A DNA stretch of 64,000 bases from assembly GCF_006345805.1 (NCBI RefSeq), contig NC_043003.1:94240001-94304000 (forward strand). The letters are read 5' to 3'. The DNA is from Octopus sinensis (Eukaryota). A model generated the notes under the pieces. The model did no database searches and had not been told where the DNA came from. It worked only from the letters and a program-made list of their open reading frames with translations. Within the stretch, counting starts at the first letter, position 1; every line of letters starts with the position of its first letter. Below are positions 50,561 to 64,000 of the stretch, piece after piece. The translations under genes and the position numbers were made by a program.

Positions 50561-52374
50561 CAGGCTGTCTATCGACAGTCAGCTAGACTTGTCCGTAGGG
50601 AGGAACACTAATTCCCTGTTCCTAATTTGCTGTTTTTGTAGGCCTTTGGCAACATATGAAACGAGCTGGTGGGTCTCCCCCTCTGTTTTTTGTGTGGTTT
50701 TGCTGTACCAGTCTAAGATGTGTCGGAGTCTATTTCTAGCTAAGGAAATCTGTCTCACTGTCAGTCTGTGGTGGGATACATACCCTTCTGTTGAAGAATA
50801 AGTATGTGGGGTAGATCCTCGTCATGTCGTATGATTTGTTGTTGGAGTTATAGAAAACAAAGTGTAGGATGCTACTGGTGTTTCTATCGTTGTGGTTGCT
50901 AGCATTGTTGCTGCTGGTGGTAGTGGTAATGCTTGTGTTGTTGAATTGATATTGGTGGTGGTGCAGATGAGATGGTTTATATTGTTTTCTGTGTGGGGAT
51001 GCGGTTATTGTTGTCATTGTTGTTGTCATTATAACTGTTTGTGTAGGGGATGTTGTGGCTATCATTGTTGTCATATATGTGTGTGTGTCTGTGTGTGTGT
51101 GTACCTATTAACATATAGCATGAATTTCTCAAAATTGTACACTTAATTGTAAGTGGTTTTCAGTGGGTCTTCAAGCTCCAGTGGCTATGTGTCTAGCAAA
51201 TTCGGTACCAAGTGTTTATTAAAGTCCAGTATACTACCTCTCCTGCATTACAATACAATCGCCTCTCAATGTGGCCCGGGTATTAGTAGAACTATATTAT
51301 CAAAATCACCAAAGCACAACCTTCAAGTGATGTTGGAACTTTTCGATAATATCATTGACCAAGGATGATAATTCATCGTGTGTATTTATTGACATCTTGA
51401 GAATTTAGTCATTTAGGTATAACGCGCCGATTCACACCGCTTGCTTCTACCTTGTCTCTTTTTAGAGATAGCTCGAATTTGAGAAATCTGTTCAACTAGA
51501 ACTAGCACGGTCTTCTTTGCTGAAGCGTCTCTGGTGAATGTGGTTTCCAGCTAACGAGCACAGCAGTGTATGCATGCGGATAAACAGAAACCTAGTATAT
51601 GTTGTAGCGAATGTACAAGGAATGGGCTTAATATTTCTCAACGTCTGGGTGACACATGATCGTATATGAGGCGGGTGTATAGAATGACGAAAACTACTAG
51701 TGGATAGACGTGAGAAATGAATGAATATGATGATCTGAATGATATAGTATACAAAATATCCTCTTTAAAGGCGAGAAGTACTTCTTGAAGACAGGACAAA
51801 ACGTGCAACATTGCGACTTCAGCAAGACCATACTTATTGCGACTGAATACATTTTCGCACACATTTATCAATCCGTGAAAGAAGTTTGTTTGAATATAGG
51901 AAAATCATACAAAGTGTCTCTGCATCTGCAAATGGGGTGAGTTTAACTGCTCTACATAAAAGAAAACATCGATAAAAGTACACTACACTTCCAATTCGAT
52001 GTAGTTATCGTACATTCACGAGACATGGAATTTCGCTTACAGCGTTGTCTTTCTCTTCTAAAGAATGGAAAATTTTCTTGGTCGGTGCTACAATGTATAA
52101 CAAGTACTACGCAAAATTGAAACGTCTTTGCATTCATAACAACTCGGTGAGTTGTGTAAACAAGAGATGTAAGTGTTATTGATACTGATGTCTGACTCGC
52201 TTTGAACTGATAAAACACCGATATACAGCAAGGAAATAAATCATGTAGTAGTTTTCCATTTTTAGTAGAAACAATCAGCAACAAACAAAAACACACACAC
52301 ACCCACATTCACTCACACACACACACACACACAATCACACACATGGACAATACTCAAATGCTCTCTCTCTTTCG

Positions 52375-52410
<36 letters not shown>

Positions 52411-53477
52411 TTCACCCTTTCCTGCATACATATAAAGTAGTATAGAATAATACATTTGCATACATACAAACGTATACCTCATACACTCTCCAGACACACG
52501 CACGCACGCATACACACATACACACACAAACACAAACACACATATACATATAATAAAGTATATAAATATAGATAACAAATACACGCACACATATATATAT
52601 ATATATATATATGTATACATAGAGAGAGATTTATATACATATATATTTATATGAATTTATATATATATATATGGACAAAAATGTATACATAAATCATACC
52701 AAGAGACATATTTACATATATGCATACTTATCACATATATGTATACTTATCACATATATGTATACTTATGCATACTTATGTATATGTATATATATGCATA
52801 CTTATCACATATATGTATACTTACATACATACAGATATGCAGATATGAATGACACACACAAACACATGTGCCTGGTTTCATATTTTGTGTGTGTATGTGC
52901 ATGTGCGTGTATGTACAATTCAAAAATATATATCCGCTTGTGGAGCTTACAGCATATACCCAATCTCAATACGTTACAGCATAAGTCAGCATGAAGTATG
53001 CAATTACAATACACAGCTCCCAAAGCTCTTTCATGTTTTCCGTATCACTTGTTTTGCAACTAATTCATTGAAATCCCTCTTTGACAATTTATATCTTCAT
53101 TCTTTCTTCCAGCGACTCCACATAATGAGCCTCTACTCCACACAAATATACTTTGGCCTATTCAGACCTAAATCTCATAGATTATATTTCATGAAGTCTA
53201 GGTGAGACGGAAGAACACGATATCTCAATGCAGTAATGAGTTACTATAATATGAAAGTGAAATTCTTACGTATAAAATCATTGTCTACTCTGTTACAAAG
53301 GAAGTAAAAAAAAACTAAATATACGTGAAGGTCATATCAAAGTAATTTACAATCTCCAGTATCACAGAAATTTGATTTTGTACTGTTAGAATTTCGCTAT
53401 ACATACATACATACATACATACATGCATACATACATACATACATGCATACATACATGTGCGTGTGTGTGTATGTGTG

Positions 53478-53534
<57 letters not shown>

Positions 53535-53849
53535 TTGTGTGTGTATGTATAGATTCTATATTTGTACGTATCTGTGAACCATTTGTACATATATATGTGT
53601 ATGTATGTATATACATATATCTATATCTCTCTCTCTATATATATATATATATATAATATAGGTAAATATATTCATACTTACATATGTGCGTAGATGCATG
53701 CATAGATGCATACAGGCATCCATGCATACATACATACATACATACATACATACATACATACATACAGACATACGAAGTTCACTACATAGGGATCAATATG
53801 TCAAAGAATCTTATAGAACTTAAAAATTAAAACACAACCGACCAGATAT

Positions 53850-54260
53850 TGTTTTGTGGGACCACAAGAAAAAGATGTGGAAATCAGCTGCTTGCTAGGC
53901 ACCATTGTGGTTAGAAGGATACAAAAGAAAGAATACATCTATAGACTATTAATTAGAAGCTTTCCATTACCCAAGATAGACTTTCAGCTTCATAAGTATT
54001 TTTATTGGGGCAACAGGATACATACCAAACCATCTGGAAGAAAATATGGCTGAACTTCCGTTCTTGAGTGGAGAATGCGGATCTTTAATTCGTACACTAC
54101 AAATAATCACGATATCTGGGACTATAAAAATATGCAAGAGCCTTCTTAAGATTTAAATAATGATGACAAAATCAAGATGTTTTCCTTTACATCCTTGCTA
54201 CCAGTAAGGGGATGGTCAAAATTTATTCTAAATTAAAAAGAGGAGAGCACCTATATACCT
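53850..54260 (+). mobile_element. Possible heavily decayed PLE RT fragment
   Basis: LPK..LHK and DDDKIKMFSF..SL-like segments. Weak evidence. Confidence 0.25.
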
Positions 54261-54314
54261 ACAAACTTACATACATGCATACGTACGTATATCATACATA
54301 CACACACACACACA

Positions 54315-54415
<101 letters not shown>

Positions 54416-54588
54416 AACTTGTGCGTATAAATAATAACGTGAAGCAATAGTCAAGTTTGAATTTGTGAAGTGAAAAGAAACTTTGCTTAATTGTTTTTGA
54501 TTTTATGGCATTTGATCAATGTACTACATTATGAAAGAAAGTTTACTCACAACGAGAATGAAATAGAGAATCTATGTGGCTACTCTGC

Positions 54589-54627
<39 letters not shown>

Positions 54628-54665
54628 TAATAGTAATAGTAATAATAATAATAATAATAATAATG

Positions 54666-54724
<59 letters not shown>

Positions 54725-54734
54725 TAATAATAAT
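54589..54734 (+). repeat. (AAT)n microsatellite
   Basis: Directly visible. Confidence 0.95.
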
Positions 54735-55176
54735 GGCAGCTATAGTTGTCTGAAACCACATTTTATCTGATAACATCCGATAATGTAAAACAAATGCTTC
54801 GTCTGAACAGCAGACGGGGTCATCATTGCTGAAACATTTTGACCAAGGCTTGGTTGATCATAGATAAAATAGAACCAAACAACTACAAGAAAACAAACAA
54901 CACAACGAGTACTAATTTACATAATACCGTTATAAATCTCTATCAAGAATTCATTTCACGATAACTTTTATCACGTCTGTTAGATTAGGGGCCACGATAT
55001 TAAAATGATTTTCATATAGAGCATGCTAATATGTTTAAATCCATGTCTTAAGATTTGTTTAATAGATCATCTCTCTAAAGAATCATTTTCTTCTGTTTCC
55101 ACATTTAATATTTGTGTGAATATACATACACACAACGCATACATACACACAGACACACACATACACACACACACAC

Positions 55177-55260
<84 letters not shown>

Positions 55261-55351
55261 CATATATATGCATATATATATATGGTGCCCCAGCATGGAC
55301 ACAGCTCGTGAGCTGAAACTAGATAACATAAGAAAAAATAAGAAAAATGCA

Positions 55352-55385
<34 letters not shown>

Positions 55386-56621
55386 TACAGAGAGAGAGGG
55401 GGGAGTTACCTGCCACCTTGTGTCTTCTGGATACCAATACCTCTCATATATATGTATGTGTGTGTGCGCGCGCGCGTGTGTGTGTGTGCGTGTGTGTGTG
55501 TGTGCGTGTGTCTCTGTGTGTGTGTATCTTTATATCCATCTTAACATGATGCCTTGTTAGATCACTGAATATTGCGTTATTAGCCTAGAAAGATCCCCTC
55601 ACATGGTTGCTTCATGCTTAGAAGCACACACATAGATCGTAGTAGATGAAATCCTGTCACGGGCGCCGGAATTCCTATATGACGAGATTTCAGTCTATTG
55701 CTCCTCATCAGAGCTCAGCATCGGTCACCGATTGCCAGTCAAATCTCACTGCTGTCATACATAGTTTATGGGCATCTTCTCAGACAATGATGTCACAAAT
55801 AGCCAGAGAGCTCAGTAGAAATTATAAGTAAAAGAAGCGGTATTTATACCAAAATCTAATCTTTATATCCAACTTAACTGATAGTCTGTATATCGTAACA
55901 AGAGCTGTGGAAAATTCACAGTATAAATCAGCATATTTGAAAACATCGTGCTATTATATAAAACACAAGTAAGGAATTTCAAAAAGTTCTTTTGACATCT
56001 CTCCATTTAATAAAAACTCTGCTTCCAAACATAATCGAAATGAACTTAGAAGGCATTGCTTCTTTTCCTTCTTTTGATATGTTTGATAGAAATGATGAAC
56101 TTTATAGTTTAGGAAAATAAAAGATGCATCGAAATGATAAAACTTATTCGTATAAATAAAAAGCTTCACCTTCCCTTGCCCAACCACCCCCAAGGCTCAA
56201 AGTTATTTACCAATTGACCTTATTTTCATTTCTTTTTATTTCAGCTCAGTTCAGCTACATATCCACTTGTATATCTATTAAAATATTTTCCCTATCTGCA
56301 TATCTATTGATATATATATGTAGACTCAGCTATGTACTTATCTATCTATCTAGCTAGCTAATTAACTCTTATATCTGCATCCGCTTCTGTTTCTGTCTAC
56401 TCTTATACTGCATGAATTTATAAATTCCCCTGATATTGTTTTACTGTTAAACATTTCAACTATGTCTGCGATTTAAGCGCACGAATGTAGAATAATAAAG
56501 ACCTTCACCTCCTCCTCTCTCTGTGTCTATCTCTTTCCCTCTCCCGCTTACATACATGATGACGCTCGATTGTGTGCATATTCAGTTCTATCACTTTCTA
56601 ATTTTATAAAAATTGGAAATA

Positions 56622-56676
56622 TACTGAAGAGAGAAGTAAGTAAAATTTAAATTACTTTGATCTCGAAACGCGTATA
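56622..56676 (+). ncRNA. Type I HHR-like motif with a weak stem I
   Basis: ta CTGAAGA gaga agtaa..ttact..tctc GAAA cgcG TA ta; palindromic ACGCGT. Confidence 0.65.
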
Positions 56677-56956
56677 AAATTAATCCTGCTCGTGTTGATT
56701 CATTGTTTTTCTCTTTGCCTTCGTAAAAAAAGTATATTTACCGTCATGGAGATTCTTATAGTAGTAGAAAAGGAATTTTTAACTCGTTTTTCTAATTTCG
56801 GTATGTGGTGAAGCAGTTAGCTGAGTCCTATTTAAAAATTATGTGGATAATTTTACCTATAAAGGTTATTTTAACGTACCGATCTACTTGGTAAAATTGT
56901 TAATTAATTGATTAATTAATTGATTAATTTAATTAATAAGTTTTACCCTTCTATTA

Positions 56957-57032
<76 letters not shown>

Positions 57033-57034
<2 letters not shown>

Positions 57035-57228
57035 CCGCGTGTGTCTCGTTGGCGATTTCTTTTCCTCCGTCTTCCTTTCCTTGGATCTTTTCCTATGTTT
57101 CTAACGAAAACCTCCGCTCGAAACGTTAAATCCTTCTTCTTTCTTTCCTTTCCTGAGCGTCCTATAACACTTTACTTGTTCCGCGTCCTCGCGTTGTTAT
57201 GTTTTTTCTTTGTGTTTTCATGTTTCTA
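57033..57228 (+). mobile_element. Family H repeat with a decayed HHR
   Basis: gttt CTAACGA aaacctccgctc GAAACGTT aaat. Flanks match 28068-28365. Confidence 0.75.
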
Positions 57229-57884
57229 TATGATGAATGGTTTTTCGGGCCACTCCTAACAAAAGCCAAGCTTCCTTCGATATCTACATAAAAAATATTA
57301 AGAAAAAATGTTATTTAGATATACTTTTATTTTAGTTGTTTACCGTATTTTACGCTTGTTTATACTCTTATACATTACATTCACAGTTCACAAACTTCGG
57401 TATTTAAGTTATGAATCATATTGCTTTCGATAATATCAATATGATTACAAAACTTCTTTGTAGACAATATATTCTGTTTGGTCGACACTAATTTTCAAAT
57501 TACTGGAGTCCGTTGCTCTACTCATAGCAATGTATAACTGGCCATGTGTAAACATCGGATTGGGTAAAAATACACCTACACGATCTAAAGTCTGGCTCTG
57601 TGCAAGCGGGATCTTTAGGGTTGCAAAAAATCAAACTAAGACTTACCTCTCTCTGCTCTGTGCGAATAATGTCTAGATGTTCTGGTACCATGGGTTACTT
57701 TGATTGACAAAACTGAGGTGTAATCAACAGCCGCGTCGATTAGACGTTTCAAATCCTGCTCGAGACTGACACACTTCAATAACCGCTAAATATTGACACA
57801 TACTATATACTGCCACACTTTTTCCATTTTCTTTTCTTTATTAACCGTCCTCGTGATCCCTTCCGTATCTGCTATGGGACCACA

Positions 57885-58114
57885 AACTATACGATGAAAG
57901 ACCAGAGTTACTCGGGGTCGGTGAATTTTTAGTATGAATTCAAAAATCAATATTAACGAAATTATCATACTTTCTGATTTTTTAATGCTAAAACCCTCCT
58001 GACGACCGTCTTTGTATTTCAGAAAAATATCGTAATCATTGGTCCAGCCGTTTGACCATGAAGATGGAACATACAAAAAGACGGACAAACGAACATAATG
58101 CCCACTATAGTATG

Positions 58115-58115
<1 letters not shown>
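57885..58115 (-). mobile_element. Diverged non-autonomous Helitron
   Basis: The minus strand begins tcatactatag..acggctggaccaatg and ends ccccgagtaactctgg..atagt. Confidence 0.5.
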
Positions 58116-58164
<49 letters not shown>

Positions 58165-58174
58165 ATCTTTGTAC

Positions 58175-58355
58175 CTGCATTTGTCGCCTACCGATTGACA
58201 ACCGATTTGGGTGTGTTTACGTCCCCGTAACTTAGCGGTTCGTTCGGCAAAAGGAGAAGGTAGAATAAGTGTTAGAGTCGATTCATTCGACTAAAAGTTG
58301 TTCAAGGCGATGCCCCAGCATGGCCATGGTCTAATGACTGAAACGAATGAAAGAT
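58175..58355 (+). mobile_element. SINE family A, 3' half
   Basis: ttacgtccccgtaacttagcggttcg..ccagcatggcc..atgactgaaac. Confidence 0.8.
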
Positions 58356-59530
58356 GCAAGATCGATTAAAACGTATGGTAAAGACCACCTTAGAATGATT
58401 CAAGTTTCCTGATGGATTTTCAACTAAAACCGATTAATCACCAAATAACGCTGTTTCAACAGTGCTCAATATCATTGGCAATGCGTTACAAACATCTGGA
58501 TTATCATTCAACATAGCTGACAGTTTACAGCAATTCACCGTCGATACTGAACGCTATTCATTAGCTTTTATTTGAATTATGATTCTTCAGAAAGTATGCA
58601 TCTGACGAACAATTTGACTGCTATGAAACATAGAGTTGTGGGCAAGAAGTGATCTTTATCTCTTATACATTTTCAAAAAGTATGAAGGGAAATTTGTAAA
58701 AGCGAGTTCATGGAATTGAATGACCGCGAGCACTGGCTCATTTTGATATTTCCAGAGCAAGTGTATAAAGGTGCTGTTACTTCAGAAGTGAAATTGCAAA
58801 ATAACAAATGGATAAAATAGTAGAGTAATGCATGGCTGGATGAGATTGCTAAAGTAATATTAAAAGTGTGTCATTTTAATAGAGATAAAAATAGCAAGAG
58901 TGAGAGAGGAAGAGAGGAATATATGCATTCATACATATATACACACTACATACCTAAGTACGTACATACAAACACATACATATATACTCTGGAAATTAAG
59001 GCCTCGTTTCAAACGTTTCGATAATATTCAGCTCAGTCCTTAACTACTCTCTCTGTCTTCCACTTTATTAAATCCTTTTCTCTTAGCTTTTCCTGAGTTG
59101 TAGAACCTTTTAAGTTTTGGGTGATGTCCATCTTATTACCAACGTTTGTACCCAGTTCAAGTCACCTGAACCACGTTCTTTTTATTTTAAGAATCAGTTT
59201 TGTGATACTTTGAGAAAGTATTTTTTATCTCTTGATGTCATTTTTTAAGACTCACCACTATTCAGAGCTATACAGATATGATAAAAGATGTTATAATTTT
59301 CAGTCTTCATGCTAAGACATGTTTACCCATAATCCCTAATCCACTTAACCTTTGGAAATGACCGTCTATGTTTGGTAAAGCTTGTTTGGATGTGCTTTTA
59401 GTTTTGTTAACTTTACTATGGGTTCTTAAATGCGTAAAGCCTTGCGTAACATTTCTTGCACTTTGTTTACACTGACAGATCTCTCTTTGATGGTAAGGTA
59501 ATCATTTGTGTTATGTATAAGTGACAGAGA

Positions 59531-59930
59531 TAGGCGCAGGAATGGCTGTGTTAAGTAGCTTGCTTACGAACCACATGGTTCTGAGTTCAGTCCCACTGCG
59601 TGGCACCTTGGGCAAGTGTCTTCTACTATAGCCTCGGGCCGACCAAAGCCTTGTGAGTGGATTTGGTAGACGGAAACTGAAAGAAGCCCGTCGTATATAT
59701 GTATATATATGTGTGTGTGTGTTTGTGTGTCTGTGCTTGTCCCCCCAACATTGCTTGACAACCGATGTTGGTGTGATTGCGTTTCCGCAACCTAGCGGTT
59801 CGGCAAAAGGGACCGATAGAATAAATACTAGGCTTACAAAGAATAAGTCCTGGGGTCGATTTGCTCGACTAAAGGCGGTGCTCCAGCATGGCCGCAGTCA
59901 AATGTCTGAAACAAGTAAAAGAGTAAAGAG
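59531..59930 (+). mobile_element. SINE family A, full-length reference copy
   Basis: tRNA-like head (gttcagtccc), ccttgggcaagtg CORE-like segment, internal TG tract, and tail. Confidence 0.9.
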
Positions 59931-59944
59931 TATATAAAGAAAGA

Positions 59945-59978
<34 letters not shown>

Positions 59979-60026
59979 ATACAGAGGGAAGAAGAAAGAC
60001 AGAGAAAGGGTAATACAAATAGGTAG

Positions 60027-60251
<225 letters not shown>

Positions 60252-60475
60252 TTCGTGTATATTAAGCATTTCATCGAATTAACACTTGCAAACACATACA
60301 TCGAGTGTAAATGTAAGTGAATACTGAAAGTTAAATCTGCAATTTAATCAATATTGGAGATGATTTTTGCATCGAAATTTCATCGTGATCAGATTTTCAA
60401 ACAGTGCTAAAATAAGAAAATTCAAAATTTCATATTGGAATTATAGGAAATAAGAAGATATTGAAGATTATAGAA

Positions 60476-60528
60476 ACAACAACAACAGCAGCAGCAGCAG
60501 CAACAACAACAATAATAACAATAATAAC

Positions 60529-60604
<76 letters not shown>

Positions 60605-60619
60605 GTAATAGTAATTGTA

Positions 60620-60682
<63 letters not shown>
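60476..60682 (+). repeat. (CAA)/(CAG)/(AAT)n trinucleotide tract
   Basis: Directly visible. Confidence 0.95.
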
Positions 60683-60984
60683 GAAGAAGTATGCAGTATT
60701 GTAAGGAAAGGCAAGATTCTGCAGCTGGAAACAAGTAGAAATAGCGACAAAACAAGTCGCTGGGAAATGAAGTAGGATGTAGGAAGTGAAGAACATTGAA
60801 AGATAGAAACATGAATCGAGAAACTGAATTAATAGTTATAGCTTCCCAGGAACAGTCTATATGAATTTGATACAGAAAATATTGAGAAAACATAGTCATA
60901 CAATAAAACTCAGAGTGGATGAAAAAAGGGGCGAAAATATTAATCATCTTGTCAGTGAGTGAATTAATCTAGGACAATAAGAAT

Positions 60985-61103
60985 ATTTATTTCTTTATTG
61001 CCCACAGGGGGTTAAACATAGAGAGGACAAACAAAGACAGACAAAGGGATTAAGTCGATTACATCGACCCCAGTGCGTGACGTTCCTGCCAGCTCGCCGC
61101 CTT
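60985..61103 (-). mobile_element. SINE family B with an internal deletion
   Basis: The tail is joined directly to the head gccagctcgccgcc. Confidence 0.75.
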
Positions 61104-61808
61104 AAAGGAGGAAGTCATGAATGTGGCTACAAGAGTGCAATGGCATGTTTATGGATTGGAAGTAACTGAAAAAGAGTATGAAGACAAGCCAGAGGTTGTG
61201 ATGGTAAACAGCTAGTGGATTTTATAGGATTTCTTCATAGAAACTGATCTGCATTATCATAACAAGGAGAATGTTATGATGGAAAAAAGAAATTACAAAC
61301 ATTGAAAGATCGCTAACAGTACCATACCACACGATAGAACTGTGGTTATCGAAGAAATAAAGGAAAGATTTAGAAGTATCGGGAATTTGGCAGAGAGATC
61401 ATTTTATTGTAAAACACGAGCGTGAAAATTGATTTTTTTTATTATTGGTGCAATCGGTCAAACACACAAACTTCTACCTACGAAGCTGAAAGATAATGGA
61501 ATTGATCTCGTATTGTCCACTCACAGAGAAGTGCCAGTTGCTTTCTTTATGAATCCTTTAAACATAAAGTCATCATTAAACATCAGGATGACAAATCTGC
61601 TAACTAAATTAGCATTTGCATTTGTTTAATGGGCAAGTAATTGATGAGGTTGCGAATGGCAACGAAAGAACTTTGGATAACAAACAACCGATTGATTGTT
61701 TAACTAGCACATTATTATTGGCGTAATGACTCTGCAAAGACATAATAAGCTTTATTATTATATTTACCATTTTCAATTATATTTAATTATATTTAATTAT
61801 ATTTACAA

Positions 61809-62025
61809 AGGTGGTGAGCTGTCAGAATCGTTATCACGTTGGGCAAAATGCTTAGCGGCATTTTGTCCGTCTTTACAATCTTAGTTCAAATTCTGCCGCA
61901 GTTGACTTTGCCTTTCATTTTTTCGGAGTCGATTAAATAAGTACCAGTTGAGCATTGGGATCGATGTAATCAATTTAGCCCTTGCCCAAAGTGTCAGGCC
62001 TTGTACCTTTAGTAGAAAGGATTAA
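61809..62025 (+). mobile_element. SINE family B
   Basis: ggtggtgagctgtcagaatcg head through the tail. Confidence 0.85.
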
Positions 62026-62416
62026 TTATATTTGATTTGATCATAAGATATTATTTCTTAGCAAATACTTATTATAATTTAACTATAAAGACGCCATTTA
62101 GAAAATGAAATTTAAAGCTAGATTTAAAAGAAATTTTATAAAATTGATTACCACCCACGAGATTTAGTTAAATGACTTACCCAATTAGGTGTTTACATAA
62201 ATGTCACGCTCAATGGTTCATACCCAAGTGAAACGCTATATTTTTTATAAACCAGAATGTTTTTTCATTTCTAATACAATATCCTGGATGTTAATTTATT
62301 ACTGCGTTAAGTGACAATTTCGATGAAATTCCGAATAGAGAACAATATTGAATAAAGTATTACATCGTCTCTAAGCTACAACATACGCTTACACATGCAT
62401 ATACATATGTATGTGT

Positions 62417-62497
<81 letters not shown>

Positions 62498-62502
62498 CAT
62501 AT

Positions 62503-62703
62503 ATTGGTTCCAAATTTTGGCAAAACGGTCAACAATTTCGAGTACATCGATCCCAGTACTCAACTCGTACTTATTTTATCAACACCGGAATGATGAGAGG
62601 CAAAGTCGCCCTCGACAGCGTGTGGACTCAGAACTTAAACACGGACAAAATGCCGCTATGTATTTTTTCCCAGCGTGTTAAGGATTATGCCAGCTCGCTA
62701 CCT
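62503..62703 (-). mobile_element. SINE family B, diverged
   Basis: Similar to 45932-46150. Confidence 0.7.
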
Positions 62704-62745
62704 CTTTGTATGTAGGAATATTAACATATTTAATATTATATATTG

Positions 62746-62889
<144 letters not shown>

Positions 62890-63284
62890 ACAGGAACTAT
62901 GATGGTATCTTCCGTCGAAGAGGACGTATAATTGTTCAGGTTTTGCAGAACGACCTGCACAAATGATTTGTTTAGAGAGATCAAATGTACGTGCTGCACA
63001 TTAGCTGTCTCTCTTAAGCAGATTGACGTTGCCTAAACGAGTGCAAAGTGTGCCACACGTCAGGTGTCGAACAAATCTCAGGGCAGTGTGAGATGAAGTC
63101 GTTTGTTCAAGAAGACAACGCAACTTCCGATCTAGGAAATGAAACCACGATTTCGTGATTGCGAGTGCAACACCATGCCCATATGTGCCCTGACATGGCC
63201 TAGTAATTAGTATTAAATCTGGTATAGCCTACTATAATAGATATATTACTAAACACGAATACATACGCTAGTATATAAAGCATG

Positions 63285-63706
63285 GAAATGTGGTAAGAAC
63301 TTTGCTTCACAGCCACATAGTTTCAGGTTCAGTCCTAGGCAAGAGTCTCCTATTATAACTATGGGCCGACCAGATGCTTTTGCGTGGATTTGGTAGACGG
63401 AAACTAAATGTCGTATATAAACTGCCGTATATATGTATATGAGTGTGTGTGTATGCGTGTGTACACGTACGTGTGTGTGTGTGTGTGTGTGTGAGTACGC
63501 GTGTTGTTTGTCTCTAACTATGTTTGTTAACCGGCGTTGGGTTCTTTACTTCCACGTAACTTTGCATTTCTGTCAGGTGGACGGGTAGAATAAAAAACAA
63601 GACTTAAAATCAATAAATATCGAAGTCGACTTGCTTGATTGAACCACTCAAGGCAATGCCACAGCATGGCTGCATTCCAATGACTGAAACAAGTAATCGA
63701 TAAAAG
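63285..63706 (+). mobile_element. SINE family A, diverged
   Basis: Head ggtaagaactttgctt..ggatttggtagacggaaact and the family tail. Confidence 0.8.
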
Positions 63707-63791
63707 ATATATACACAGAAACCATCATCGTATGTATATATGTATGTATATATACGTATGCATGTATGTATACATACATACATATATGTCA

Positions 63792-63840
<49 letters not shown>

Positions 63841-63844
63841 CTTT

Positions 63845-64000
63845 TCTTTTATTAGCTTCAGTCATTATACTGCGGCCATGCTGGGGCACCTTCTTGAGGA
63901 ATCTTCAGTGGAGTGAGTCTACCTTATTACTGAGCTATTTTAAGTCTAGTATTCATTCCATCGTACGCTTTGGCCGAACCGCTACATTACGAGGACGTAA
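63845..64000 (-). mobile_element. SINE family A 3' part, running off the window
   Basis: ttcagtcatt..ctgcggccatgctggggcacc..gccgaaccgcta. Confidence 0.8.

Noticed and set aside
51771-51936. Possible internal exon (AG..GG|GTGAGT with one open frame)
   Set aside because: The acceptor is weak, the phase is incompatible with the 38790-38917 candidate, and the peptide is not recognisable.
55646-55831. 61-aa ORF in GC-richer unique sequence
   Set aside because: No clear splice signals or recognisable homology.

Overview
This is AT-rich, microsatellite-dense animal genomic DNA. The SINE types suggest an octopus or other coleoid cephalopod (inference). Almost all ORF-track entries are microsatellite artefacts. 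The window is mostly repeats: two tRNA-derived SINE families, non-autonomous Helitrons, a rearranged mariner, and RTE, Tx1/L1 and Dong/R4 LINE fragments. Its dominant feature is a dense set of Penelope-like element (PLE) derivatives carrying type I hammerhead ribozyme (HHR) motifs. The main observations are: (1) a young, non-coding 362-bp tandem-plus-inverted array (23196-24572) whose unit carries a dimer-type HHR with a U3-A8 core, resembling a retrozyme; (2) a tRNA-headed short element with an HHR-like tail (about 5794-6118); (3) a Naiad-type PLE fragment (about 24740-26180) with TGA at a conserved zinc-finger Cys, a long insertion inside its GIY-YIG motif and a well-formed HHR; (4) several fold-back elements. 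One candidate host coding exon lies at 38790-38917. Two near-identical tandem duplications may be assembly artefacts. All alignments and RNA folds were done by eye, and repeat boundaries are approximate.
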